A DNA stretch of 64,000 nt from Eledone cirrhosa (taxonomy: Eukaryota): contig CAXHJY010000212.1 of NCBI GenBank assembly GCA_964016885.1, positions 62,001-126,000 on the forward strand, given 5' to 3'. The notes below the pieces were generated by a model. It saw only the letters and a program-made list of their open reading frames with translations. It made no database searches and was not told where the DNA came from. Both the position numbers and the translations under genes were made by a program. Below, piece after piece: positions 29,234 to 45,039 of the stretch. Each line of letters begins with the position of its first letter. Within the stretch, counting starts at the first letter, position 1.

Positions 29234-29394
29234 AAAAAGGTGACGTGGTTGCCTTAACACCGTATAGCATAAATTCAGGCTGTTCGCTTTGTTGACAAAC
29301 AAACGAACAAAGCGGCCGGCGTTATAATAAACGTCGGCTAAACTGATGCGTGCATATATGTATGTGTACCTGTATGCATATGTGTGTATATATG

Positions 29395-29435
<41 letters not shown>

Positions 29436-29890
29436 GCATGCTACTGTACGTCTGTATACATACATGTATGTACGTATACATACATACTTACATTTAAGTA
29501 AGTGCCATACTAAGAGTGAGAAATGAAATTTCGTTTTCATTTTTTTCAATTTATCGTTTTCGGTATGCCTGACCGATTTAACTCACTCAATATGCAAATT
29601 AGGCTGCTCAGCCGTTAATTTTCATAAGGAAAGTATATACTTTCGAACGTTCAACTATCTGGCAGATGGGTAAACGGTGCTGATGATAGCTAACAAGCTT
29701 GAAACTAGTACATCGTTCCTGTGTCAGTGTTGAACAAAAAGGTGACGTGGTTGCCTTAACACCGTATGGCATAAATTCAGGCTGTTCGCTTTGTTGACAA
29801 ACAAACGAACAAAGCGGCCGGCGTTATAATAAACGTCGGCTAAACTGATGCGTGCATATATGTATGTGTACCTGTATGCATATGTGTGTA

Positions 29891-29939
<49 letters not shown>

Positions 29940-30394
29940 GCATGCTACTGTACGTCTGTATACATATATGTATGTACGTATACATACATACTTACATTTA
30001 AGTAAGTGCCATACTAAGAGTGAGAAATGAAATTTCGTTTTCATTTTTTTCAATTTATCGTTTTCGGTATGCCTGACCGATTTAACTCACTCAATATGCA
30101 AATTAGGCTGCTCAGCCGTTAATTTTCATAAGGAAAGTATATACTTTCGAACGTTCAACTATCTGGCAGATGGGTAAACGGTGCTGATGATAGCTAACAA
30201 GCTTGAAACTAGTACATCGTTCCTGTGTCAGTGTTGAACAAAAAGGTGACGTGGTTGCCTTAACACCGTATGGCATAAATTCAGGCTGTTCGCTTTGTTG
30301 ACAAACAAACGAACAAAGCGGCCGGCGTTATAATAAACGTCGGCTAAACTGATGCGTGCATATATGTATGTGTACCTGTATGCATATGTGTGTA

Positions 30395-30443
<49 letters not shown>

Positions 30444-30898
30444 GCATGCTACTGTACGTCTGTATACATATATGTATGTACGTATACATACATACTTACA
30501 TTTAAGTAAGTGCCATACTAAGAGTGAGAAATGAAATTTCGTTTTCATTTTTTTCAATTTATCGTTTTCGGTATGCCTGACCGATTTAACTCACTCAATA
30601 TGCAAATTAGGCTGCTCAGCCGTTAATTTTCATAAGGAAAGTATATACTTTCGAACGTTCAACTATCTGGCAGATGGGTAAACGGTGCTGATGATAGCTA
30701 ACAAGCTTGAAACTAGTACATCGTTCCTGTGTCAGTGTTGAACAAAAAGGTGACGTGGTTGCCTTAACACCGTATGGCATAAATTCAGGCTGTTCGCTTT
30801 GTTGACAAACAAACGAACAAAGCGGCCGGCGTTATAATAAACGTCGGCTAAACTGATGCGTGCATATATGTATGTGTACCTGTATGCATATGTGTGTA

Positions 30899-30947
<49 letters not shown>

Positions 30948-31402
30948 GCATGCTACTGTACGTCTGTATACATATATGTATGTACGTATACATACATACT
31001 TACATTTAAGTAAGTGCCATACTAAGAGTGAGAAATGAAATTTCGTTTTCATTTTTTTCAATTTATCGTTTTCGGTATGCCTGACCGATTTAACTCACTC
31101 AATATGCAAATTAGGCTGCTCAGCCGTTAATTTTCATAAGGAAAGTATATACTTTCGAACGTTCAACTATCTGGCAGATGGGTAAACGGTGCTGATGATA
31201 GCTAACAAGCTTGAAACTAGTACATCGTTCCTGTGTCAGTGTTGAACAAAAAGGTGACGTGGTTGCCTTAACACCGTATGGCATAAATTCAGGCTGTTCG
31301 CTTTGTTGACAAACAAACGAACAAAGCGGCCGGCGTTATAATAATAGTCGGCTAAACTGATGCGTGCATATATGTATGTGTACCTGTATGCATATGTGTG
31401 TA

Positions 31403-31451
<49 letters not shown>

Positions 31452-31906
31452 GCATGCTACTGTACGTCTGTATACATATATGTATGTACGTATACATACA
31501 TACTTACATTTAAGTAAGTGCCATACTAAGAGTGAGAAATGAAATTTCGTTTTCATTTTTTTCAATTTATCGTTTTCGGTATGCCTCACCGATTTAACTC
31601 ACTCAATATGCAAATTAGGCTGCTCAGCCGTTAATTTTCATAAGGAAAGTATATACTTTCGAACGTTCAACTATCTGGCAGATGGGTAAACGGTGCTGAT
31701 GATAGCTAACAAGCTTGAAACTAGTACATCGTTCCTGTGTCAGTGTTGAACAAAAAGGTGACGTGGTTGCCTTAACACCGTATGGCATAAATTCAGGCTG
31801 TTCGCTTTGTTGACAAACAAACGAACAAAGCGGCCGGCGTTATAATAAACGTCGGCTAAACTGATGCGTGCATATATGTATGTGTACCTGTATGCATATG
31901 TGTGTA

Positions 31907-31967
<61 letters not shown>

Positions 31968-32422
31968 GCATGCTACTGTACGTCTGTATACATATATGTA
32001 TGTACGTATACATACATACTTACATTTAAGTAAGTGCCATACTAAGAGTGAGAAATGAAATTTCGTTTTCATTTTTTTCAATTTATCGTTTTCGGTATGC
32101 CTGACCGATTTAACTCACTCAATATGCAAATTAGGCTGCTCAGCCGTTAATTTTCATAAGGAAAGTATATACTTTCGAACGTTCAACTATCTGGCAGATG
32201 GGTAAACGGTGCTGATGATAGCTAACAAGCTTGAAACTAGTACATCGTTCCTGTGTCAGTGTTGAACAAAAAGGTGACGTGGTTGCCTTAACACCGTATG
32301 GCATAAATTCAGGCTGTTCGCTTTGTTGACAAACAAACGAACAAAGCGGCCGGCGTTATAATAATAGTCGGCTAAACTGATGCGTGCATATATGTATGTG
32401 TACCTGTATGCATATGTGTGTA

Positions 32423-32471
<49 letters not shown>

Positions 32472-32932
32472 GCATGCTACTGTACGTCTGTATACATATA
32501 TGTATGTACGTATACATACATACTTACATTTAAGTAAGTGCCATACTAAGAGTGAGAAATGAAATTTCGTTTTCATTTTTTTCAATTTATCGTTTCCGGT
32601 ATGCCTGACCGATTTAACTCACTCAATATGCAAATTAGGCTGCTCAGCCGTTAATTTTCATAAGGAAAGTATATACTTTCGAACGTTCAACTATCTGGCA
32701 GATGGGTAAACGGTGCTGATGATAGCTAACAAGCTTGAAACTAGTACATCGTTCCTGTGTCAGTGTTGAACAAAAAGGTGACGTGGTTGCCTTAACACCG
32801 TATGGCATAAATTCAGGCTGTTCGCTTTGTTGACAAACAAACGAACAAAGCGGCCGGCGTTATAATAAACGTCGGCTAAACTGATGCGTGCATATATGTA
32901 TGTGTACCTGTATGCATATGTGTGTATATATG

Positions 32933-32973
<41 letters not shown>

Positions 32974-33428
32974 GCATGCTACTGTACGTGTGTATACATA
33001 TATGTATGTACGTATACATACATACTTACATTTAAGTAAGTGCCATACTAAGAGTGAGAAATGAAATTTCGTTTTCATTTTTTTCAATTTATCGTTTTCG
33101 GTATGCCTGACCGATTTAACTCACTCAATATGCAAATTAGGCTGCTCAGCCGTTAATTTTCATAAGGAAAGTATATACTTTCGAACGTTCAACTATCTGG
33201 CAGATGGGTAAACGGTGCTGATGATAGCTAACAAGCTTGAAACTAGTACATCGTTCCTGTGTCAGTGTTGAACAAAAAGGTGACGTGGTTGCCTTAACAC
33301 CGTATGGCATAAATTCAGACTGTTCGCTTTGTTGACAAACAAACGAACAAAGCGGCCGGCGTTATAATAAACGTCGGCTAAACTGATGCGTGCATATATG
33401 TATGTGTACCTGTATGCATATGTGTGTA

Positions 33429-33477
<49 letters not shown>

Positions 33478-33932
33478 GCATGCTACTGTACGTCTGTATA
33501 CATATATGTATGTACGTATACATACATACTTACATTTAAGTAAGTGCCATACTAAGAGTGAGAAATGAAATTTCGTTTTCATTTTTTTCAATTTATCGTT
33601 TTCGGTATGCCTGACCGATTTAACTCACTCAATATGCAAATTAGGCTGCTCAGCCGTTAATTTTCATAAGGAAAGTATATACTTTCGAACGTTCAACTAT
33701 CTGGCAGATGGGTAAACGGTGCTGATGATAGCTAACAAGCTTGAAACTAGTACATCGTTCCTGTGTCAGTGTTGAACAAAAAGGTGACGTGGTTGCCTTA
33801 ACACCGTATGGCATAAATTCAGGCTGTTCGCTTTGTTGACAAACAAACGAACAAAGCGGCCGGCGTTATAATAAACGTCGGCTAAACTGATGCGTGCATA
33901 TATGTATGTGTACCTGTATGCATATGTGTGTA

Positions 33933-33997
<65 letters not shown>

Positions 33998-34452
33998 GCA
34001 TGCTACTGTACGTCTGTATACATATATGTATGTACGTATACATACATACTTACATTTAAGTAAGTGCCATACTAAGAGTGAGAAATGAAATTTCGTTTTC
34101 ATTTTTTTCAATTTATCGTTTTCGGTATGCCTGACCGATTTAACTCACTCAATATGCAAATTAGGCTGCTCAGCCGTTAATTTTCATAAGGAAAGTATAT
34201 ACTTTCGAACGTTCAACTATCTGGCAGATGGGTAAACGGTGCTGATGATAGCTAACAAGCTTGAAACTAGTACATCGTTCCTGTGTCAGTGTTGAACAAA
34301 AAGGTGACGTGGTTGCCTTAACACCGTATGGCATAAATTCAGGCTGTTCGCTTTGTTGACAAACAAACGAACAAAGCGGCCGGCGTTATAATAAACGTCG
34401 GCTAAACTGATGCGTGCATATATGTATGTGTACCTGTATGCATATGTGTGTA

Positions 34453-34501
<49 letters not shown>

Positions 34502-34962
34502 GCATGCTACTGTACGTCTGTATACATATATGTATGTACGTATACATACATACTTACATTTAAGTAAGTGCCATACTAAGAGTGAGAAATGAAATTTCGT
34601 TTTCATTTTTTTCAATTTATCGTTTTCGGTATGCCTGACCGATTTAACTCACTCAATATGCAAATTAGGCTGCTCAGCCGTTAATTTTCATAAGGAAAGT
34701 ATATACTTTCGAACGTTCAACTATCTGGCAGATGGGTAAACGGTGCTGATGATAGCTAACAAGCTTGAAACTAGTACATCGTTCCTGTGTCAGTGTTGAA
34801 CAAAAAGGTGACGTGGTTGCCTTAACACCGTATGGCATAAATTCAGGCTGTTCGCTTTGTTGACAAACAAACGAACAAAGCGGCCGGCGTTATAATAAAC
34901 GTCGGCTAAACTGATGCGTGCATATATGTATGTGTACCTGTATGCATATGTGTGTATATATG

Positions 34963-35003
<41 letters not shown>

Positions 35004-35458
35004 GCATGCTACTGTACGTCTGTATACATATATGTATGTACGTATACATACATACTTACATTTAAGTAAGTGCCATACTAAGAGTGAGAAATGAAATTTC
35101 GTTTTCATTTTTTTCAATTTATCGTTTTCGGTATGCCTGACCGATTTAACTCACTCAATATGCAAATTAGGCTGCTCAGCCGTTAATTTTCATAAGGAAA
35201 GTATATACTTTCGAACGTTCAACTATCTGGCAGATGGGTAAACGGTGCTGATGATAGCTAACAAGCTTGAAACTAGTACATCGTTCCTGTGTCAGTGTTG
35301 AACAAAAAGGTGACGTGGTTGCCTTAACACCGTATGGCATAAATTTAGGCTGTTCGCTTTGTTGACAAACAAACGAACAAAGCGGCCGGCGTTATAATAA
35401 ACGTCGGCTAAACTGATGCGTGCATATATGTATGTGTACCTGTATGCATATGTGTGTA

Positions 35459-35503
<45 letters not shown>

Positions 35504-35958
35504 GCATGCTACTGTACGTCTGTATACATATATGTATGTACGTATACATACATACTTACATTTAAGTAAGTGCCATACTAAGAGTGAGAAATGAAATTTC
35601 GTTTTCATTTTTTTCAATTTATCGTTTTCGGTATGCCTGACCGATTTAACTCACTCAATATGCAAATTAGGCTGCTCAGCCGTTAATTTTCATAAGGAAA
35701 GTATATACTTTCGAACGTTCAACTATCTGGCAGATGGGTAAACGGTGCTGATGATAGCTAACAAGCTTGAAACTAGTACATCGTTCCTGTGTCAGTGTTG
35801 AACAAAAAGGTGACGTGGTTGCCTTAACACCGTATGGCATAAATTCAGGCTGTTCGCTTTGTTGACAAACAAACGAACAAAGCGGCCGGCGTTATAATAA
35901 ACGTCGGCTAAACTGATGCGTGCATATATGTATGTGTACCTGTATGCATATGTGTGTA

Positions 35959-36011
<53 letters not shown>

Positions 36012-36466
36012 GCATGCTACTGTACGTCTGTATACATATATGTATGTACGTATATATACATACTTACATTTAAGTAAGTGCCATACTAAGAGTGAGAAAT
36101 GAAATTTCGTTTTCATTTTTTTCAATTTATCGTTTTCGGTATGCCTGACCGATTTAACTCACTCAATATGCAAATTAGGCTGCTCAGCCGTTAATTTTCA
36201 TAAGGAAAGTATATACTTTCGAACGTTCAACTATCTGGCAGATGGGTAAACGGTGCTGATGATAGCTAACAAGCTTGAAACTAGTACATCGTTCCTGTGT
36301 CAGTGTTGAACAAAAAGGTGACGTGGTTGCCTTAACACCGTATGGCATAAATTCAGGCTGTTCGGTTTGTTGACAAACAAACGAACAAAGCGGCCGGCGT
36401 TATATTAAACGTCGGCTAAACTGATGCGTGCATATATGTATGTGTACCTGTATGCATATGTGTGTA

Positions 36467-36515
<49 letters not shown>

Positions 36516-36976
36516 GCATGCTACTGTACGTCTGTATACATATATGTATGTACGTATACATACATACTTACATTTAAGTAAGTGCCATAATAAGAGTGAG
36601 AAATGAAATTTCGTTTTCATTTTTTTCAATTTATCGTTTTCGGTATGCCTGACCGATTTAACTCACTCAATATGCAAATTAGGCTGCTCAGCCGTTAATT
36701 TTCATAAGGAAAGTATATACTTTCGAACGTTCAACTATCTGGCAGATGGGTAAACGGTGCTGATGATAGCTAACAAGCTTGAAACTAGTACATCGTTCCT
36801 GTGTCAGTGTTGAACAAAAAGGTGACGTGGTTGCCTTAACACCGTATGGCATAAATTCAGGCTGTTCGCTTTGTTGACAAACAAACGAACAAAGCGGCCG
36901 GCGTTATAATAAACGTCGGCTAAACTGATGCGTGCATATATGTATGTGTACCTGTATGCATATGTGTGTATATATG

Positions 36977-37013
<37 letters not shown>

Positions 37014-37474
37014 GCATGCTACTGTACGTCTGTATACATATATGTATGTACGTATACATACATACTTACATTTAAGTAAGTGCCATACTAAGAGTGAGAA
37101 ATGAAATTTCGTTTTCATTTTTTTCAATTTATCGTTTTCGGTATGCCTGACCGATTTAACTCACTCAATATGCAAATTAGGCTGCTCAGCCGTTAATTTT
37201 CATAAGGAAAGTATATACTTTCGAACGTTCAACTATCTGGCAGATGGGTAAACGGTGCTGATGATAGCTAACAAGCTTGAAACTAGTACATCGTTCCTGT
37301 GTCAGTGTTGAACAAAAAGGTGACGTGGTTGCCTTAACACCGTATGGCATAAATTCAGGCTGTTCGCTTTGTTGACAAACAAACGAACAAAGCGGCCGGC
37401 GTTATAATAAACGTCGGCTAAACTGATGCGTGCATATATGTATGTGTACCTGTATGCATATGTGTGTATATATG

Positions 37475-37511
<37 letters not shown>

Positions 37512-37966
37512 GCATGCTACTGTACGTCTGTATACATATATGTATGTACGTATATATACATACTTACATTTAAGTAAGTGCCATACTAAGAGTGAGAAAT
37601 GAAATTTCGTTTTCATTTTTTTCAATTTATCGTTTTCGGTATGCCTGACCGATTTAACTCACTCAATATGCAAATTAGGCTGCTCAGCCGTTAATTTTCA
37701 TAAGGAAAGTATATACTTTCGAACGTTCAACTATCTGGCAGATGGGTAAACGGTGCTGATGATAGCTAACAAGCTTGAAACTAGTACATCGTTCCTGTGT
37801 CAGTGTTGAACAAAAAGGTGACGTGGTTGCCTTAACACCGTATGGCATAAATTCAGGCTGTTCGCTTTGTTGACAAACAAACGAACAAAGCGGCCGGCGT
37901 TATAATAAACGTCGGCTAAACTGATGCGTGCATATATGTATGTGTACCTGTATGCATATGTGTGTA

Positions 37967-38015
<49 letters not shown>

Positions 38016-38476
38016 GCATGCTACTGTACGTCTGTATACATATATGTATGTACGTATACATACATACTTACATTTAAGTAAGTGCCATACTAAGAGTGAG
38101 AAATGAAATTTCGTTTTCATTTTTTTCAATTTATCGTTTTCGGTATGCCTGACCGATTTAACTCACTCAATATGCAAATTAGGCTGCTCAGCCGTTAATT
38201 TTCATAAGGAAAGTATATACTTTCGAACGTTCAACTATCTGGCAGATGGGTAAACGGTGCTGATGATAGCTAACAAGCTTGAAACTAGTACATCGTTCCT
38301 GTGTCAGTGTTGAACAAAAAGGTGACGTGGTTGCCTTAACACCGTATGGCATAAATTCAGGCTGTTCGCTTTGTTGACAAACAAACGAACAAAGCGGCCG
38401 GCGTTATAATAAACGTCGGCTAAACTGATGCGTGCATATATGTATGTGTACCTGTATGCATATGTGTGTATATATG

Positions 38477-38513
<37 letters not shown>

Positions 38514-38968
38514 GCATGCTACTGTACGTCTGTATACATATATGTATGTACGTATACATACATACTTACATTTAAGTAAGTGCCATACTAAGAGTGAGAA
38601 ATGAAATTTCGTTTTCATTTTTTTCAATTTATCGTTTTCGGTATGCCTGACCGATTTAACTCACTCAATATGCAAATTAGGCTGCTCAGCCGTTAATTTT
38701 CATAAGGAAAGTATATACTTTCGAACGTTCAACTATCTGGCAGATGGGTAAACGGTGCTGATGATAGCTAACAAGCTTGAAACTAGTACATCGTTCCTGT
38801 GTCAGTGTTGAACAAAAAGGTGACGTGGTTGCCTTAACACCGTATGGCATAAATTCAGGCTGTTCGCTTTGTTGACAAACAAACGAACAAAGCGGCCGGC
38901 GTTATAATAAACGTCGGCTAAACTGATGCGTGCATATATGTATGTGTACCTGTATGCATATGTGTGTA

Positions 38969-39019
<51 letters not shown>

Positions 39020-39480
39020 GCATGCTACTGTACGTCTGTATACATATATGTATGTACGTATACATACATACTTACATTTAAGTAAGTGCCATACTAAGAG
39101 TGAGAAATGAAATTTCGTTTTCATTTTTTTCAATTTATCGTTTTCGGTATGCCTGACCGATTTAACTCACTCAATATGCAAATTAGGCTGCTCAGCCGTT
39201 AATTTTCATAAGGAAAGTATATACTTTCGAACGTTCAACTATCTGGCAGATGGGTAAACGGTGCTGATGATAGCTAACAAGCTTGAAACTAGTACATCGT
39301 TCCTGTGTCAGTGTTGAACAAAAAGGTGACGTGGTTGCCTTAACACCGTATGGCATAAATTCAGGCTGTTCGCTTTGTTGACAAACAAACGAACAAAGCG
39401 GCCGGCGTTATAATAAACGTCGGCTAAACTGATGCGTGCATATATGTATGTGTACCTGTATGCATATGTGTGTATATATG

Positions 39481-39518
<38 letters not shown>

Positions 39519-39980
39519 TGCATGCTACTGTACGTCTGTATACATATATGTATGTACGTATACATACATACTTACATTTAAGTAAGTGCCATACTAAGAG
39601 TGAGAAATGAAATTTCGTTTTCATTTTTTTCAATTTATCGTTTTCGGTATGCCTGACCGATTTAACTCACTCAATATGCAAATTAGGCTGCTCAGCCGTT
39701 AATTTTCATAAGGAAAGTATATACTTTCGAACGTTCAACTATCTGGCAGATGGGTAAACGGTGCTGATGATAGCTAACAAGCTTGAAACTAGTACATCGT
39801 TCCTGTGTCAGTGTTGAACAAAAAGGTGACGTGGTTGCCTTAACACCGTATGGCATAAATTCAGGCTGTTCGCTTTGTTGACAAACAAACGAACAAAGCG
39901 GCCGGCGTTATAATAAACGTCGGCTAAACTGATGCGTGCATATATGTATGTGTACCTGTATGCATATGTGTGTATATATG

Positions 39981-40018
<38 letters not shown>

Positions 40019-40480
40019 TGCATGCTACTGTACGTCTGTATACATATATGTATGTACGTATACATACATACTTACATTTAAGTAAGTGCCATACTAAGAG
40101 TGAGAAATGAAATTTCGTTTTCATTTTTTTCAATTTATCGTTTTCGGTATGCCTGACCGATTTAACTCACTCAATATGCAAATTAGGCTGCTCAGCCGTT
40201 AATTTTCATAAGGAAAGTATATACTTTCGAACGTTCAACTATCTGGCAGATGGGTAAACGGTGCTGATGATAGCTAACAAGCTTGAAACTAGTACATCGT
40301 TCCTGTGTCAGTGTTGAACAAAAAGGTGACGTGGTTGCCTTAACACCGTATGGCATAAATTCAGGCTGTTCGCTTTGTTGACAAACAAACGAACAAAGCG
40401 GCCGGCGTTATAATAAACGTCGGCTAAACTGATGCGTGCATATATGTATGTGTACCTGTATGCATATGTGTGTATATATG

Positions 40481-40517
<37 letters not shown>

Positions 40518-40977
40518 GCATGCTACTGTACGTCTGTATACATATATGTATGTACGTATACATACATACTTACATTTAAGTAAGTGCCATACTAAGAGTG
40601 AGAAATGAAATTTCGTTTTCATTTTTTTCAATTTATCGTTTTCGGTATGCCTGACCGATTTAACTCACTCAATATGCAAATTAGGCTGCTCAGCCGTTAA
40701 TTTTCATAAGGAAAGTATATACTTTCGAACGTTCAACTATCTGGCAGATGGGTAAACGGTGCTGATGATAGCTAACAAGCTTGAAACTAGTACATCGTTC
40801 CTGTGTCAGTGTTGAACAAAAAGGTGACGTGGTTGCCTTAACACCGTATGGCATAAATTCAGGCTGTTCGCTTTGTTGACAAATAAACGACAAAGCGGCC
40901 GGCGTTATAATAAACGTCGGCTAAACTGATGCGTGCATATATGTATGTGTACCTGTATGCATATGTGTGTATATATG

Positions 40978-41024
<47 letters not shown>

Positions 41025-41485
41025 GCATGCTACTGTACGTCTGTATACATATATGTATGTACGTATACATACATACTTACATTTAAGTAAGTGCCATACT
41101 AAGAGTGAGAAATGAAATTTCGTTTTCATTTTTTTCAATTTATCGTTTTCGGTATGCCTGACCGATTTAACTCACTCAATATGCAAATTAGGCTGCTCAG
41201 CCGTTAATTTTCATAAGGAAAGTATATACTTTCGAACGTTCAACTATCTGGCAGATGGGTAAACGGTGCTGATGATAGCTAACAAGCTTGAAACTAGTAC
41301 ATCGTTCCTGTGTCAGTGTTGAACAAAAAGGTGACGTGGTTGCCTTAACACCGTATGGCATAAATTCAGGCTGTTCGCTTTGTTGACAAACAAACGAACA
41401 AAGCGGCCGGCGTTATAATAAACGTCGGCTAAACTGATGCGTGCATATATGTATGTGTACCTGTATGCATATGTGTGTATATATG

Positions 41486-41522
<37 letters not shown>

Positions 41523-41977
41523 GCATGCTACTGTACGTCTGTATACATATATGTATGTACGTATACATACATACTTACATTTAAGTAAGTGCCATACTAA
41601 GAGTGAGAAATGAAATTTCGTTTTCATTTTTTTCAATTTATCGTTTTCGGTATGCCTGACCGATTTAACTCACTCAATATGCAAATTAGGCTGCTCAGCC
41701 GTTAATTTTCATAAGGAAAGTATATACTTTCGAACGTTCAACTATCTGGCAGATGGGTAAACGGTGCTGATGATAGCTAACAAGCTTGAAACTAGTACAT
41801 CGTTCCTGTGTCAGTGTTGAACAAAAAGGTGACGTGGTTGCCTTAACACCGTATGGCATAAATTCAGGCTGTTCGCTTTGTTGACAAACAAACGAACAAA
41901 GCGGCCGGCGTTATAATAAACGTCGGCTAAACTGATGCGTGCATATATGTATGTGTACCTGTATGCATATGTGTGTA

Positions 41978-42028
<51 letters not shown>

Positions 42029-42483
42029 GCATGCTACTGTACGTCTGTATACATATATGTATGTACGTATACATACATACTTACATTTAAGTAAGTGCCA
42101 TACTAAGAGTGAGAAATGAAATTTCGTTTTCATTTTTTTCAATTTATCGTTTTCGGTATGCCTGACCGATTTAACTCACTCAATATGCAAATTAGGCTGC
42201 TCAGCCGTTAATTTTCATAAGGAAAGTATATACTTTCGAACGTTCAACTATCTGGCAGATGGGTAAACGGTGCTGATGATAGCTAACAAGCTTGAAACTA
42301 GTACATCGTTCCTGTGTCAGTGTTGAACAAAAAGGTGACGTGGTTGCCTTAACACCGTATGGCATAAATTCAGGCTGTTCGCTTTGTTGACAAACAAACG
42401 AACAAAGCGGCCGGCGTTATAATAAACGTCGGCTAAACTGATGCGTGCATATATGTATGTGTACCTGTATGCATATGTGTGTA

Positions 42484-42534
<51 letters not shown>

Positions 42535-42995
42535 GCATGCTACTGTACGTCTGTATACATATATGTATGTACGTATACATACATACTTACATTTAAGTAA
42601 GTGCCATACTAAGAGTGAGAAATGAAATTTCGTTTTCATTTTTTTCAATTTATCGTTTTCGGTATGCCTGACCGATTTAACTCACTCAATATGCAAATTA
42701 GGCTGCTCAGCCGTTAATTTTCATAAGGAAAGTATATACTTTCGAACGTTCAACTATCTGGCAGATGGGTAAACGGTGCTGATGATAGCTAACAAGCTTG
42801 AAACTAGTACATCGTTCCTGTGTCAGTGTTGAACAAAAAGGTGACGTGGTTGCCTTAACACCGTATGGCATAAATTCAGGCTGTTCGCTTTGTTGACAAA
42901 CAAACGAACAAAGCGGCCGGCGTTATAATAAACGTCGGCTAAACTGATGCGTGCATATATGTATGTGTACCTGTATGCATATGTGTGTATATATG

Positions 42996-43032
<37 letters not shown>

Positions 43033-43487
43033 GCATGCTACTGTACGTCTGTATACATATATGTATGTACGTATACATACATACTTACATTTAAGTAAGT
43101 GCCATACTAAGAGTGAGAAATGAAATTTCGTTTTCATTTTTTTCAATTTATCGTTTTCGGTATGCCTGACCGATTTAACTCACTCAATATGCAAATTAGG
43201 CTGCTCAGCCGTTAATTTTCATAAGGAAAGTATATACTTTCGAACGTTCAACTATCTGGCAGATGGGTAAACGGTGCTGATGATAGCTAACAAGCTTGAA
43301 ACTAGTACATCGTTCCTGTGTCAGTGTTGAACAAAAAGGTGACGTGGTTGCCTTAACACCGTATGGCATAAATTCAGGCTGTTCGCTTTGTTGACAAACA
43401 AACGAACAAAGCGGCCGGCGTTATAATAAACGTCGGCTAAACTGATGCGTGCATATATGTATGTGTACCTGTATGCATATGTGTGTA

Positions 43488-43536
<49 letters not shown>

Positions 43537-43991
43537 GCATGCTACTGTACGTCTGTATACATATATGTATGTACGTATACATACATACTTACATTTAAGT
43601 AAGTGCCATACTAAGAGTGAGAAATGAAATTTCGTTTTCATTTTTTTCAATTTATCGTTTTCGGTATGCCTGACCGATTTAACTCACTCAATATGCAAAT
43701 TAGGCTGCTCAGCCGTTAATTTTCATAAGGAAAGTATATACTTTCGAACGTTCAACTATCTGGCAGATGGGTAAACGGTGCTGATGATAGCTAACAAGCT
43801 TGAAACTAGTACATCGTTCCTGTGTCAGTGTTGAACAAAAAGGTGACGTGGTTGCCTTAACACCGTATGGCATAAATTCAGGCTGTTCGCTTTGTTGACA
43901 AACAAACGAACAAAGCGGCCGGCGTTATAATAAACGTCGGCTAAACTGATGCGTGCATATATGTATGTGTACCTGTATGCATATGTGTGTA

Positions 43992-44042
<51 letters not shown>

Positions 44043-44503
44043 GCATGCTACTGTACGTCTGTATACATATATGTATGTACGTATACATACATACTTACAT
44101 TTAAGTAAGTGCCATACTAAGAGTGAGAAATGAAATTTCGTTTCCATTTTTTTCAATTTATCGTTTTCGGTATGCCTGACCGATTTAACTCACTCAATAT
44201 GCAAATTAGGCTGCTCAGCCGTTAATTTTCATAAGGAAAGTATATACTTTCGAACGTTCAACTATCTGGCAGATGGGTAAACGGTGCTGATGATAGCTAA
44301 CAAGCTTGAAACTAGTACATCGTTCCTGTGTCAGTGTTGAACAAAAAGGTGACGTGGTTGCCTTAACACCGTATGGCATAAATTCAGGCTGTTCGCTTTG
44401 TTGACAAACAAACGAACAAAGCGGCCGGCGTTATAATAAACGTCGGCTAAACTGATGCGTGCATATATGTATGTGTACCTGTATGCATATGTGTGTATAT
44501 ATG

Positions 44504-44540
<37 letters not shown>

Positions 44541-45001
44541 GCATGCTACTGTACGTCTGTATACATATATGTATGTACGTATACATACATACTTACATTT
44601 AAGTAAGTGCCATACTAAGAGTGAGAAATGAAATTTCGTTTTCATTTTTTTCAATTTATCGTTTTCGGTATGCCTGACCGATTTAACTCACTCAATATGC
44701 AAATTAGGCTGCTCAGCCGTTAATTTTCATAAGGAAAGTATATACTTTCGAACGTTCAACTATCTGGCAGATGGGTAAACGGTGCTGATGATAGCTAACA
44801 AGCTTGAAACTAGTACATCGTTCCTGTGTCAGTGTTGAACAAAAAGGTGACGTGGTTGCCTTAACACCGTATGGCATAAATTCAGGCTGTTCGCTTTGTT
44901 GACAAACAAACGAACAAAGCGGCCGGCGTTATAATAAACGTCGGCTAAACTGATGCGTGCATATATGTATGTGTACCTGTATGCATATGTGTGTATATAT
45001 G

Positions 45002-45039
<38 letters not shown>

